Made by a program: the position numbers and the translations under genes. Source: Hypanus sabinus (taxonomy: Eukaryota). Taken from it: a stretch of DNA of 64,000 nucleotides. The stretch lies in the NCBI RefSeq assembly GCF_030144855.1, contig NC_082712.1, forward strand, positions 90,334,001 through 90,398,000, in the 5' to 3' direction. This document shows positions 27,211 through 37,700 of the stretch, in pieces. The notes beneath the pieces were generated by a model. It searched no databases. It saw nothing but the letters and a program-made list of their open reading frames with translations, and had not been told where the DNA came from. How positions within the stretch are numbered: the stretch's first letter is position 1; every line of letters starts with the position of its first letter.

Positions 27211-27949
27211 AAATATTCCAACTAATTTCAACAGATATACTGTTGAAAATATCCTGATTGGTTGCATCATGGCCGGGTACCAGAATTCCAATGCAGAGGA
27301 GTGTTAGAAGTAGCAGAGGGTGGAGGTGGAGGATACAGCCCAGTCCATCACGTCCACATTCCTCTCCACCATTAACATCTATAGGATGTGCAGCTTCAAG
27401 AAGGCAGCATGTGTCATCCAGGGTCCCTGATATTCATCCAAGTGCCTCGTCTTGCTCCTACCATCAGGCAGGAAGTACAGAAACCTGAAGCCCCTCCCCA
27501 CCAGGAACAACTACTTCTCTACAACCTTTAGGTTCTTGAACCAACCTGCACAACACTGATCACTACCTCTCCTTCCCCATTCCCATTTCTCTCTCTCACC
27601 TTATCTCCTTGCACATCACCTCCCTCTGGAGCTCCTCCCGCTTCCCTTTCTTCCATAGTCTTCTGTCCTCTCCTATCAGATTCCCCCTTCTCCTGCCCTT
27701 TATCTCTTCAGCAATCAACTTCCCAGCTCTTTCCTTCACTCCTCCCCAGTTTCACCTATCAACCTCCACCTTGTACTCACTCTGAATTCCGATCTTCTTT
27801 TCCCAGTCCTGTTGAAGGGTCTTGGCATGAAACTGCAACTCTTTACTCTTTTCCGTACCTGCTGCCTGGCCTGCTGAGTTCCTCCAGCTCTGATTTCCAG
27901 CGCCTGCAGATTTTCTCCTGTTTGTGATCCGTTCTGAAGCACTCTCTAC

Positions 27950-28170
27950 TGTTCTCTTTTCCCTCCAGCTCGCGTGAACTCTTGCCCTCTCGTAGGTCGG
28001 TGACGTGATTTCCCTGCCGCTCTGAGCAGACACTGTCAGCAGGCTGACAGTGCAGGAAGTGGAATCACGAGTGAGATTCTGGCAGGCGGCAGGAGGTCAC
28101 TGAGTCACCAGAATAGGAGGAGGAGGAGGAGGAATACGGTTTGGCAATCGCTGCACTTCCACTTTCCACG
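27950..28170. promoter_or_regulatory. Candidate enhancer or promoter island
   Basis: Non-repetitive and CpG-containing. CAGGAAGTG 28053-28061, CACTTCC 28154-28160, AP-1 TGAGTCA 28101-28107, TGACGTGA, and a 10-bp inverted repeat at 28031-28052. Confidence 0.4.
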
Positions 28171-28619
28171 TCTGTTGTTACTGGTATCATCACAAGTACC
28201 AAAATACAGCAAAAAGCTTAACTGGAGTCACGGAGTACTACAGCACGGAAACAGCCATTCGGCCCATTCAGTCTGTGCCACACCGTTATTCTGCCATGGT
28301 TCGTGAACAGTTGTTACCCTTTAACTATCAGGCTCCTGAACCAGCGTGGATAACTTCACTCACCTCAACACTGAACTGATTCCACAACCTGCTGACTCAC
28401 TTTCAAGGATTCTACAACTCCTCTTCTCACCATAATTTATTTCCTTATTTGTTTATTATTGATATTGGTTTGTATTTGTGCAGTTTCCCTTCTTTTGCAC
28501 TATTTAAATCTGTTCCCTCTCACCTAAAACCTGTGCCCTTGAGTTCTTGATTCCCTAACTCTGGGGGAAAGATTGGATGCATTCAGGGGTTTCTCTGGAG
28601 TTCTGTTCTCAGGAATTTA

Positions 28620-29686
28620 CTCACAGAGCCAAGATGAGGAGCAAAACATATTCTGTCTGGGTACCCTCCAACCTGATGGCATGAATATCGACTTCTAGGA
28701 GCAAAGAGGTCCTTCTGCAGCTGTACAGGGCCCTGGTGAGACCACACCTGGAGTATTGTGTGCAGTTTTGGTCTCCAAATTTGAGGAAGGACATTCTTGC
28801 TATTGAGGGAGTGCAGCGTAGGTTCACGAGGTTAATTCCCGGAATGGCGGGACTGTCATATGTTGAAAGATTGGAGTGACTGGGCTTGTATACACTGGAA
28901 TTTAGAAGGATGAGAGGGGATCTGATTGAAACATATAAGATTATTAAGGGATTGGACACACTGGAGGCAAGAAGCATGTTCCCGCTGATGGGTGAGTCCA
29001 GAACTAGAGGCCACAGTTTAAGAATAAGGGGTAGGCCATTTAGAACAGAGCTGCGGAAAAACTTTTTCACCCAGAGAGTGGTGGATATGTGGAATGCTCT
29101 GTCCCAGAAAGCAGTGGAGGCCAAGTCTCTGGATGCATTCAAGAGAGAGTTAGATAGAGCTCTTATAGATAGTGGGGTCAAGGGATATGGGGAGAGGGCA
29201 GGAACGGGGTACTGATTGTGTATAATCAGCCATGATCACAGTGAATGGCGGTGCTGGCTAGAAGGGCCGAATGGCCTACTCCTGCACCTACTGTCTGTTG
29301 TCTATTCTCCTTCCAGTGAACTAATTCCACCCCTGCCTTCCTTTTATTTCCCACTCTGACCTTTTAATTCTTCTCACCTGCCTGTTACTTTTCCCTGGGT
29401 CTCCTCCTACTTCCTTTTCTCTTATGGTCCACTCTCCCTCCTATCAGCTTCCTTCTCCAATCCCTGACTTTTCCCACCCATTTATCACCTTCCGGCTAAC
29501 CTCCTTCCCCTCCCCTCCCAACTTCTTATTCCGGTGTCTTCCCCTTCCTTTCCAATCCTGAAGGAGGGTCACAGCTTGAAACGTCAACTCTTACTCCCCT
29601 CCACAGACGCTGCCTGACCCGTTGAGTTCCTTCAGCATTCTGTGCGTGTTACTTTGGATTTCCAGCATCTGCAGACTTTCTCCTGT
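28620..29686. mobile_element. SINE-type element interrupted by a CR1 3' fragment (about 28697-29305)
   Basis: The SINE body resumes after the CR1 RT C-terminus (RGDLIETYK). Confidence 0.7.
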
Positions 29687-29844
29687 CTATAAGTTGCTGC
29701 ACCAAGCCACAATGAACACAATCGGAAGTTTTCTGTGGTGCACTGATAAAAGTTGGTGACGGTGAAAGGGAATGTGCCAAATTCCTTCTCTGTCAACGCT
29801 CCCGACAAATTTACTAATTGGACAACAGCGCCCAAGACTAGTGC
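29687..29844 (-). pseudogene. Candidate 5' part of a degenerate V exon truncated by a SINE
   Basis: Acceptor cctcccttacactcccag|G, open frame ALVLG-AVVQLVNLSGALTEKEFGTFPFTVTN..., with Phe (TTC) near the expected B-strand Cys. It sits where V1 would be in the mirror gene, but no clear DNA similarity to V1 was seen. Confidence 0.4.
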
Positions 29845-30605
29845 CTGGGAGTGTAAGGGAGGCAGATCACCACGCACAGGTCATATTCTCCTCTCAGTAC
29901 AACCATCAGGCAGGAGGGACAGGAGCCTTACATCCCACACCGCCTGGTTGAGGAACAATTATTACCCTGCAACCTTCAGTCTCCTGAACCAGAGTGGATA
30001 ACTTTGCTCGTCTCAACACTAACTGATTCCACAAGCTACAGGCTCACCCAACCTAAAACTCAGTACTACACATTTCTTTATTATTTGCATAATGTCTTCT
30101 TTTGCACATTGGCTGTCAGTCTTTTCTTCCATAAACTCTACTGTATTTCTTTATGTTCCTTTAAATGGCTGCAAGAAAACAAATCTCAAGATAGTTTGCA
30201 GTAACACATACGTACTTGGTGATGCTGCCTGGCCTGCTGAGTTCCTCCAGCATCTTGTGTGTGTTGCTCGGATTTCCAGCATCTGCAGATTTTTTTCTTG
30301 TCAAGGACATGCCTGCTAAGTCTGGTGTACTGAGTTACTGAGATCCACAGTGAGATCTAACCATCAGGAAGGTGGTTCTGCAACTCTCTGAGGAAAGAGA
30401 AGGGCATGAACACACAGGAGAAGTCGTAGTCGTCTCTTCTCCTTCGGCTGTCCATCGATTTCGATGTTGACTGAGGCCTGGGCAAGGTTGTATGGAAGAC
30501 CGGCAGTTGCCCATGCTGCAAGTCCCCCCTCTCCACGCCACCATCATCTACTGCATCAAGGAAGACCCCAGTTGTGATGACTACTTGTACAATGTCTTGT
30601 GTATG

Positions 30606-31206
30606 TGTGACTCAAAATGGGTTTTTTGGTTTGTTAAGAGTAGGAATGCTTCTTTGATAAGTGTTTCTCTCACAGTTGTTTTGCTTTATACTTGTTGATA
30701 TGGTAATTGTATTCATTTGTTAACCAATGGGGAATGTTATTTTGTCTTGTGAGGTTGGGAACTTGGGGGAGGGGTTTTTCGCGGGCTTTTGGTAGAGAGC
30801 CGGGAGGAAGACGTCGAGGAAGGTGGACGTGCGCTGCACTGCTCGGAAGACCACCGGGCGTGGTCCTAGGTGCGAAGACGTGAAGGTCGGAGGCAAGCGA
30901 CGGGGGGTTGAATGGTTTGATGTTTGAGCTCCAACGATGTGCACTAAACTGACTGAACTTTGATAAGTTGGCGCCTTTTTGTTTTTTTTCCCTTGCATAT
31001 ATATTGTATTGCCTAATACTCTTTTAATTTTAGTAAACTCTTTAAAGTGTATTTCATAACGGTATTTGTTGTGGGTTTGATACTGTTGGCAGGCGCGAGG
31101 CATAAGCTCGATTCTCACAGCACCTGCGTGTACGGGAGGTGGGTTGGAGAGTGGCTGGATCTCCTTTTCCCCTAGACATATACCAGCCTGTTGGGTAAGT
31201 GTTACA
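30606..31206. mobile_element. Probable solo LTR (Gypsy-like)
   Basis: TGTGAC...GTTACA termini, about 600 bp, CpG-rich core. TSD not exact. Confidence 0.5.
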
Positions 31207-31698
31207 TACTCATACCACTGGACCTGGTCTTTCAAGGGCTAGAGTGTGTAACTGCCCCAATGCAATGGCTTTTCCGCTTTCAAAAGTCTCCCATTCAGGT
31301 TTCCTGTCATCATCAGATATGACCGACGACCACCATATGTACTTTGATAATAAGCTTACTTCACTTTGCATGTTATGTGTTCTGTCTGGAAATGTATGGA
31401 TCTTCATTTCCAGTGGGCTCATATACTCACCCACCCAACAGCAGTGAGGGAACTTCTTCACCAAAAGAACTGTTCAAGTTTAATTGTCATTCAACCGTAC
31501 ATGAATACGGCATTACTCTGGGGCTCAAATGCAAAACACAGTACCACCAGACTCTGCACTAGGCACATTGAGATAGCAAGTATATACAAGTTATCAGTAA
31601 AATACACCCACATAAAAAAGCATAGTCCAAGGTCCCGAGCCCATGAACGTTGCAGGAATCTGTAGTCAAACAAAATATGGCTTGTCATCTGCCGATCG

Positions 31699-31717
31699 AA
31701 CACTAGGGGGCAGCACC
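31699..31717 (+). promoter_or_regulatory. CTCF-like motif
   Basis: aacactagggggcagcac closely matches the CCACTAGGGGGC(A/G)C core. Confidence 0.6.
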
Positions 31718-32190
31718 AACTCCAGCTTGGAGGCTGCGCCACATTACCTCTGATGCCTCTCGCCTGGGTGGCTGTTAACAGGAGATGCCGCAGTTTGAGG
31801 CCTAGTCCTCGCTATGACCGAGGCCACGCAGCTCCCCCACCATCGGCCCTGCTGTCCCCCAATAAATCAGTGAGTCAGACTTGCAGCACTCCGCATTAAC
31901 AATGTCCAACAGGGTCTTGCCATCGCAAGAAAAGTGACTAAGCTGGTCACTTGCTGTTACTCTTTCGTGCCCCCGCACCTCTGACTCAGGCAGCAGTACA
32001 ATTTGCACCAAGTCCAGCTCCTTCACTTTCTCTGCCAACGAGCAGCTCCCCGATGGGGTAGACCTGCAGTACTTTAAGTTCTTAATATCCAGCAGTGTCT
32101 TGCGATTGTTAAAAGTACATTTTAAAAGGACAATAACCCCTTTCGTTGACCCTGTCAAAGGCACTGCGATCGAATGTGCTGCCATCTTAC

Positions 32191-32284
32191 CAGAAGAAAC
32201 CTTAAAACTGGAAGAAGGTTCAAGTAGGTAGCTCATCACTTAAAGGTCAGTTTTGGGTGAGTGCCGAAGACGGGCTTTGTTGTC
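32191..32284 (-). pseudogene. Candidate leader exon of the minus-strand paralog
   Basis: Long polypyrimidine acceptor (cacttattcccag|G) and donor CTG|gtaaga. TTG AAC CTT... from 32223 reads (L/M)NLLPVLRFLL. An ATG at 32236 gives a non-hydrophobic 46-nt phase-1 frame. Confidence 0.5.
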
Positions 32285-33319
32285 CTGGGAATAAGTGAAA
32301 GGAACAGCAAAAGGAAAATCATGCAGATGCTGGAATTATAATTGGGTGGAACATTAGCAGTAGTTAGCACGGTGACCTGGGTTCAATTCCCGCCTCTGCC
32401 TGTATGTTCTCCCCATGACCATGAGGGTTTCCTCCTGGTGCTGTGGTTTCCTCCCACATTCCAAAGACGTACCAGTTGGTAGGTTAACTGATCTCTGTAA
32501 ATTGTCCCATGATTAGGCCAGGGTTAAGTTGGAGGATCGCTGGGCAGCCCAGCTCAAAGGGCTGGAAGGGCCTATTCCATGTTGTGTCACAATAAAAAAA
32601 ATAAAATAGTTTATTTTTGTAAATGACAGTAATTTGTATGTATTAGACGATACTACTTCTGCAAGACAACACATCTCATGACACACACTCTGTGGCCATT
32701 TTATTCGGTATGCCTGTATGTGTTCTGATGAGAGAGATCAGAGGAGAATGGCCAGGCTGGTTCAAGCAGACAGGAAGGAGTCAGCAACACCAATAACCGT
32801 GTTACAACAGTGATGTGCAGAAGAGCATCTCCGAATGCACAACCTTGAAGCATTCGACAGCAGCAGAACCTACACACTGTGGCCACTGTATTAGATACAG
32901 GAGGTAACTAATAAAGTGTATGTCAGTGATAAGAAACTTGATTCCAAAACACTCAGCTGGTCAAACAGCATCTGTGAAGAAGGGAACAGCTAATATTTCA
33001 GGTTGAAGTCCTTTTCAAAACTGAAATGTTAAATCTGTTCCTCTTTCTACAGACTCTGCTTAACCTGATGGATGTTTCCAGTTGGTTAAAGAACCAATAG
33101 CGTTGGCAAGGAACTGTAACCATGGGAACAGAAGTTCGCAGGAACTGAAAGATTATGGGATGGGGTTAGGGTGTAGGTTGGAGATGGATACCTGAAGAAG
33201 GTTAGCAAGTGAACTGGGACACAGGGATTGGAAACCAGGAATGAAGGGGTCTTCACTGGGAACTGCCTGATGATGATTTCTGGAAAGATGACAATGGGTG
33301 TCTGGAATCCCGTGAGATG

Positions 33320-33430
33320 TCAGGAGTTGTGAAGCAACTGCAGGTACAAAATTGTTCAGCAGAGAGAGATGTAGATGTGAACATCATGTCCTCTATGCTT
33401 TGTTCAAGAACTGTTTGTTACTAACTAATG
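33320..33430 (+). pseudogene. Decayed duplicate of the leader exon and proximal promoter
   Basis: Aligns with 34600-34703 (cagRagttgtgaagcaa, tgaac, ctgtttgttact). ATG>GTG and the donor is lost. Confidence 0.7.
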
Positions 33431-33699
33431 ATATGCCTATTTCTGTGTCTGTTTACCCACCTCCAATGTTCTCTAAATAGCTATCCCCCTGTCTCTCTAC
33501 ATCCATTTTCTCACTCTCTCCATCTATCTGTATCTAACTCTAGCTAAGTGCTCTCTCATTCTCTGTCTCTCTTTCTCTCAACAGAAGATACTGCAAATAC
33601 TGGAATCTGGAGCAGCAAACAGGTCAGCAGGTCAGGCAGCCTCCGTGGAGGGAAATGGACAGTCAGCGTTATGTCCTCGTGCAGTGCTGTACGTGAGGA

Positions 33700-34200
33700 G
33701 CCAGGGTGTCCAAGTCCTTTGCACAGCAACGTATTGGCCAACATGGAGCGACGAGCAAGTTTGTAAATCTGGTGGGAGTCCAGGATGTTGGGAGTGGCGA
33801 GGGTGGAGTGTCACGGGAGGGGTGCGTGCCAGAGCCAGGGTTGGGGGGGTAGTGTCGGGAGGTATGGGTGCAGACTCATTCAGACCCAGCCCTGAGACAC
33901 CAGGCAAGTTCATCTGATTCCTAACAATTGGTTTACCAATCATTATAGAAAATCTCTCTAGTGCTTCCCACCCTCCCCTGTCCCTTACCTTTTTCCCAAC
34001 CATGATTCCCCTCTCCCTGCCCCCTTCCCACTCTCAGTCTAGAGACCCATATCAGAATCAGGTTTATCATCACTCACATATGTCATGTAATGTGTTTTTT
34101 TGTGGCAGCAGTACAACATAATACATAAAATTACTACAGTACTGTGCAAAAGTCTTAAGCACCCTTGCTTTATATATGTGCCTAGACTTTTGCATAGTAA
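33700..34200. mobile_element. Recurrent Tc1-type non-autonomous element
   Basis: Shares gggtctctattgtggactgagagtgggaagggg and a cagtactgtgcaaaag end with copies near 13180, 37150, 54170, 57180 and 59960. Confidence 0.65.
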
Positions 34201-34369
34201 TATATAACTACATTTATCTATTTATGTCTATCTATTATCTATCAATGTCTATTCCCCTCCTACTCTTCCCTGCCCACCCCTCTCCCTGTCTAGGAGAGGA
34301 CACATGGTGAGTAGAACCGGCCTCGGCCACACAAGGGTCTTCACCCTTGTGTCATCTGCCTCAGAGCCC

Positions 34370-34654
34370 GAGGAGGAAGTGAGTGTGGGTTAAAGTTAAA
34401 TTTGGGGAGGACTGGCGACAGGTTGGAGAGACACTGAGTCAGAATAAAACCTCCCAGCATGCAAGAGCTGGTTGGGGGAGTGGGGGTGGTTATTATCTGG
34501 AGTTGCACAGTCCACATTCTGGTAGTACATGGGCTGAAGTCTCTGGACAAGACTGGCTGCTGTCTGACTTGAGGGTCAGTTGTCAGTTAACGGACAATAT
34601 CAGAAGTTGTGAAGCAATTCCTGGTCAAAGTTACTTAGAGGGACAGAGGTGGAC
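34370..34654 (+). promoter_or_regulatory. Candidate promoter of the plus-strand receptor
   Basis: Unique sequence upstream of the leader with an Ets/PU.1-type GAGGAAGT (34373-34380) and a C/EBP-type TGAAGCAAT (34610-34618). Confidence 0.45.
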
Positions 34655-34703
34655 ATGAACTTCTCCAGCACTGTGGCTCCGATCTGTTTGTTACTCATTA
34701 AAG
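34655..34703 (+). CDS. Leader exon (MNFSSTVAPICLLLIK-G)
   Basis: ggacATG start, 49 nt, donor AAAG|gtcagt in phase 1. Joined to V1 it gives MNFSSTVAPICLLLIKGFLVQG/RIHQ, a plausible signal peptide. Confidence 0.8.
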
Positions 34704-37700
34704 GTCAGTCTGTCTGTCTATTCATACAGCTTTTCAGACGTCTTCACATCTCTCTGTCTATCAGTCCATCTGCCCGTCTCTCCAACCCCCAGACTGTCTC
34801 TCAAATGCCCAGCCCACCTATCTGACCGTCTCTCCAACTCCCAGACCGTCTCTCCAATGTCCAGTCCATCTACCAGACCATCTATCCAACGTCCAGTCTA
34901 TCTATCTGACCATCTCTCCATCCTTCAGTCCCTCTATCTGACGGTTTCTCTGTCCATCAATCTTTCTATCTGCCCATCCATCCATCAGTCTATCTGTCTA
35001 TTTTCCCATCTCTCCAACCATAAGTCTGTCTACCTGACCACTTCTACATCCTTCAATCTGTCTGACCATCTCTCCAACTCTCTCTCCATCCATCTATGTG
35101 AACATTTGTCTATTAGAACACAGGACAGTACAAGACATGAACCAAACCCTATGGCACACAATATTTGTAACGAACACGATACCAGATTAAACTCAATCTC
35201 TCTTGCCTATGCATGACCCATCTCCCTCCATACCCTGCACATTCACATGTCTAAGCCACTTAAACACCACTGTCCTATTTGTCTTCACCACCCTTTCCTG
35301 ATTCTGATATGGGTCTCTATTGGGACTAAGAGTAGGAAGGGGGTAGGGAGAGGGGAGTCATAGTTGAGGAAGGGAAGGGAGGGGAGGTACTGGGAGGCAC
35401 CAGAGAGAATCAGAATCGGGTTTAATATCACTGGCATATATGGTGAAATTTGTTGTTATGTAGCAGCAGTACAATACAATATGTAATAAAATAATAAAAA
35501 CTGAATTACAGTAAATATATAATTGTTAAATTAAATGAGTAGTACAAAAGTAGAAATAAAAAAGTAGTGAGGTAGTGAGGTTCATGGGCTCAATATTCAT
35601 TCAAAATCAGATGGCAGAGGAAAAGAAGCTGTTCCTGACTTGCTGTGTGTGTGCCTTCAGGCTCCTGTACCTTCTCCCTGATGGTAGCAATGAGAACAAG
35701 GCATGTTCTGGGTAATAGGGGTCCTTAATGATGGACACCTCCTTTTTCAGACATCACGGCTTGAAGATGTCCTGGATACGACAGAGGCTAGTGCCCATGA
35801 TGGAGCTGTCTGGGTTGACAACTTTCTGCAGCCTAGTCTCCCCCTCCCCCCAGCCCACCCTCACCCATACCAGACAGTGATGCAGTTAGTTGGAATGGTC
35901 TCCATGGTACATCTGTTAAAGTTTCTAGGTGTCTTTGGTATCTCCTGAAACTCTTAATGGAATATAGCCATCGTTGTAGCTGCATTAATATGTTGGACCC
36001 AGGATCGATCCTCAGAGATATTGACAACCAAGAACTTCAAATTGCTCACACTTTTCTGTAATCTGCAAGCCAATTGTTTAGAATCAAGTGACCTTGCCCT
36101 GGTATCTCAAGGCTGGGTGTGTCTGCACCTTGGCCACCAAACACCACCCCCCCCCCACGACCCCCTGTACTCCTTCTCTGCCACTTGTCCCACACCCCTC
36201 CCGGGGCACTCCACTCACACCATTCCCAACATCCTTTGTTCCCACCAGATTTACAAACTCACTCTCTGCTCCACGGTGACAAATACAGTAGAAAGTGATG
36301 GGTGCCTGGAATATGTTGCCTGGGGTGGTGGTAGAGACACTTCAGAGATGCTTAGATAAGCACATGAATTTGAGGAGATTTATAGAATATGGACATCGTG
36401 TAGGCAGAATCGATCAGTTCAGTGAGCCATTTGATTACTAATTTAATTGGTTCACCACTATTGGTTCATCAGGCCAAAGGGTCTGACCTTTTGCTTCTTG
36501 ATCTTATACTCTAACGCTTTCAGATTTGAGATCTTCCTCATCACACTTCCTTACCCTTACCACAGTCTTCTTCCTCTTGCCCCTACAGGGTTCCTGGTTC
36601 AAGGAAGGATTCATCAGTCGCCAGCCTTGCTCAGGGTCCCAGCGGGGGCCAGCGTGGAACTCGGCTGCTTCTTTGACGAGCCGGCAGTAGCGCCGACCAT
36701 GGCTGCTTTCCAGTGGGACCTCCCCAACGGGAGGCTCTACCACGTGCTGCCTGCCGGCAAGGTTGGGGGCAGAACCAACCGGCGTGTCCACCTCCGGGCA
36801 GAGCTGAAGGCGAGGAGCAGCAGTCTGAGCATCAGGAGGGTCTCCTCTGAGGACGGTGGGCTCTATGTGTGTGTTGTCCAGCTTCTGGAGCCATTGCCCA
36901 TTGTCCAGATGAATGGAATAGCAACTCAACTTTGCATCATCCCAGGTATTGGCTGGGCACAGTCATATTCCACCTGGTTCTACATGGGACTCCCGCCTGG
37001 GGCAGGTTGGGTGGTTCTTGGGAGTATCCAACACACAAACACGGCATTCATCCCAACTAGTGCAAGCTAAGATGTCCATCCAAGATAGAAGATACAATAC
37101 TGTGCAAAAGTTTTAAGCATACAGTACATTATTGCCAGGGTGCCCAAGACTTGTGCACAATACTGTATTCGTCAACATGGAGCAGAGAGTGAGTTTGTAA
37201 ATCTGGTGTGAGCAAAGGATGTTGGGAATGGCGATCGTACTGCGTCACGGGAGGGGTGTGGGACAGGTGGCAAAGGAGTGCCGGGGGCAGGGGTGGCATG
37301 GATGCAGGTACACCCAGCCCTGAGAAACCAGGCAAGGTTTGATTCCAAACAATTGGCTTCTTCATCATTACAGTATGTCTCTCTGGTGCTTCCCACTCGC
37401 TTCCCCTCTCCTGTTCCCAACCATGATTCCCCTCTCCCTGCCCCCTTCCCACTCTCAGTCCACAATAGAAACCCAGATCAGAATCGGGTTTATCATCACT
37501 CACACATATCATGAAATTTGTTTTGTTTTTGTGGCAGTAACGTGTTAAGCAGCCTCCTTATGCAGCACCTTATGAAAGGCCTTTTGAAGAACCAAGTACA
37601 CAATATCCATTGATTCTCTTTTGTCTAGCCTGTTAGTTATTGCCTCAAAGAATTCCAACATTGAGGAAACCATTCTGACCTTGGCTTGTTTTATCATGTG

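Noticed and set aside
31802-32239. 145-aa minus ORF with a repeated KTLLDI motif as a coding exon
   Set aside because: It runs through a strong splice donor at 32191 into intron, lacks an Ig C/W/C pattern, and has no matching splice boundaries.
34294-34306. 13-nt micro-exon ending ATG|gtgagt upstream of the leader
   Set aside because: It has no upstream exon or frame support. It could be a 5' UTR exon but is indistinguishable from chance without cDNA.
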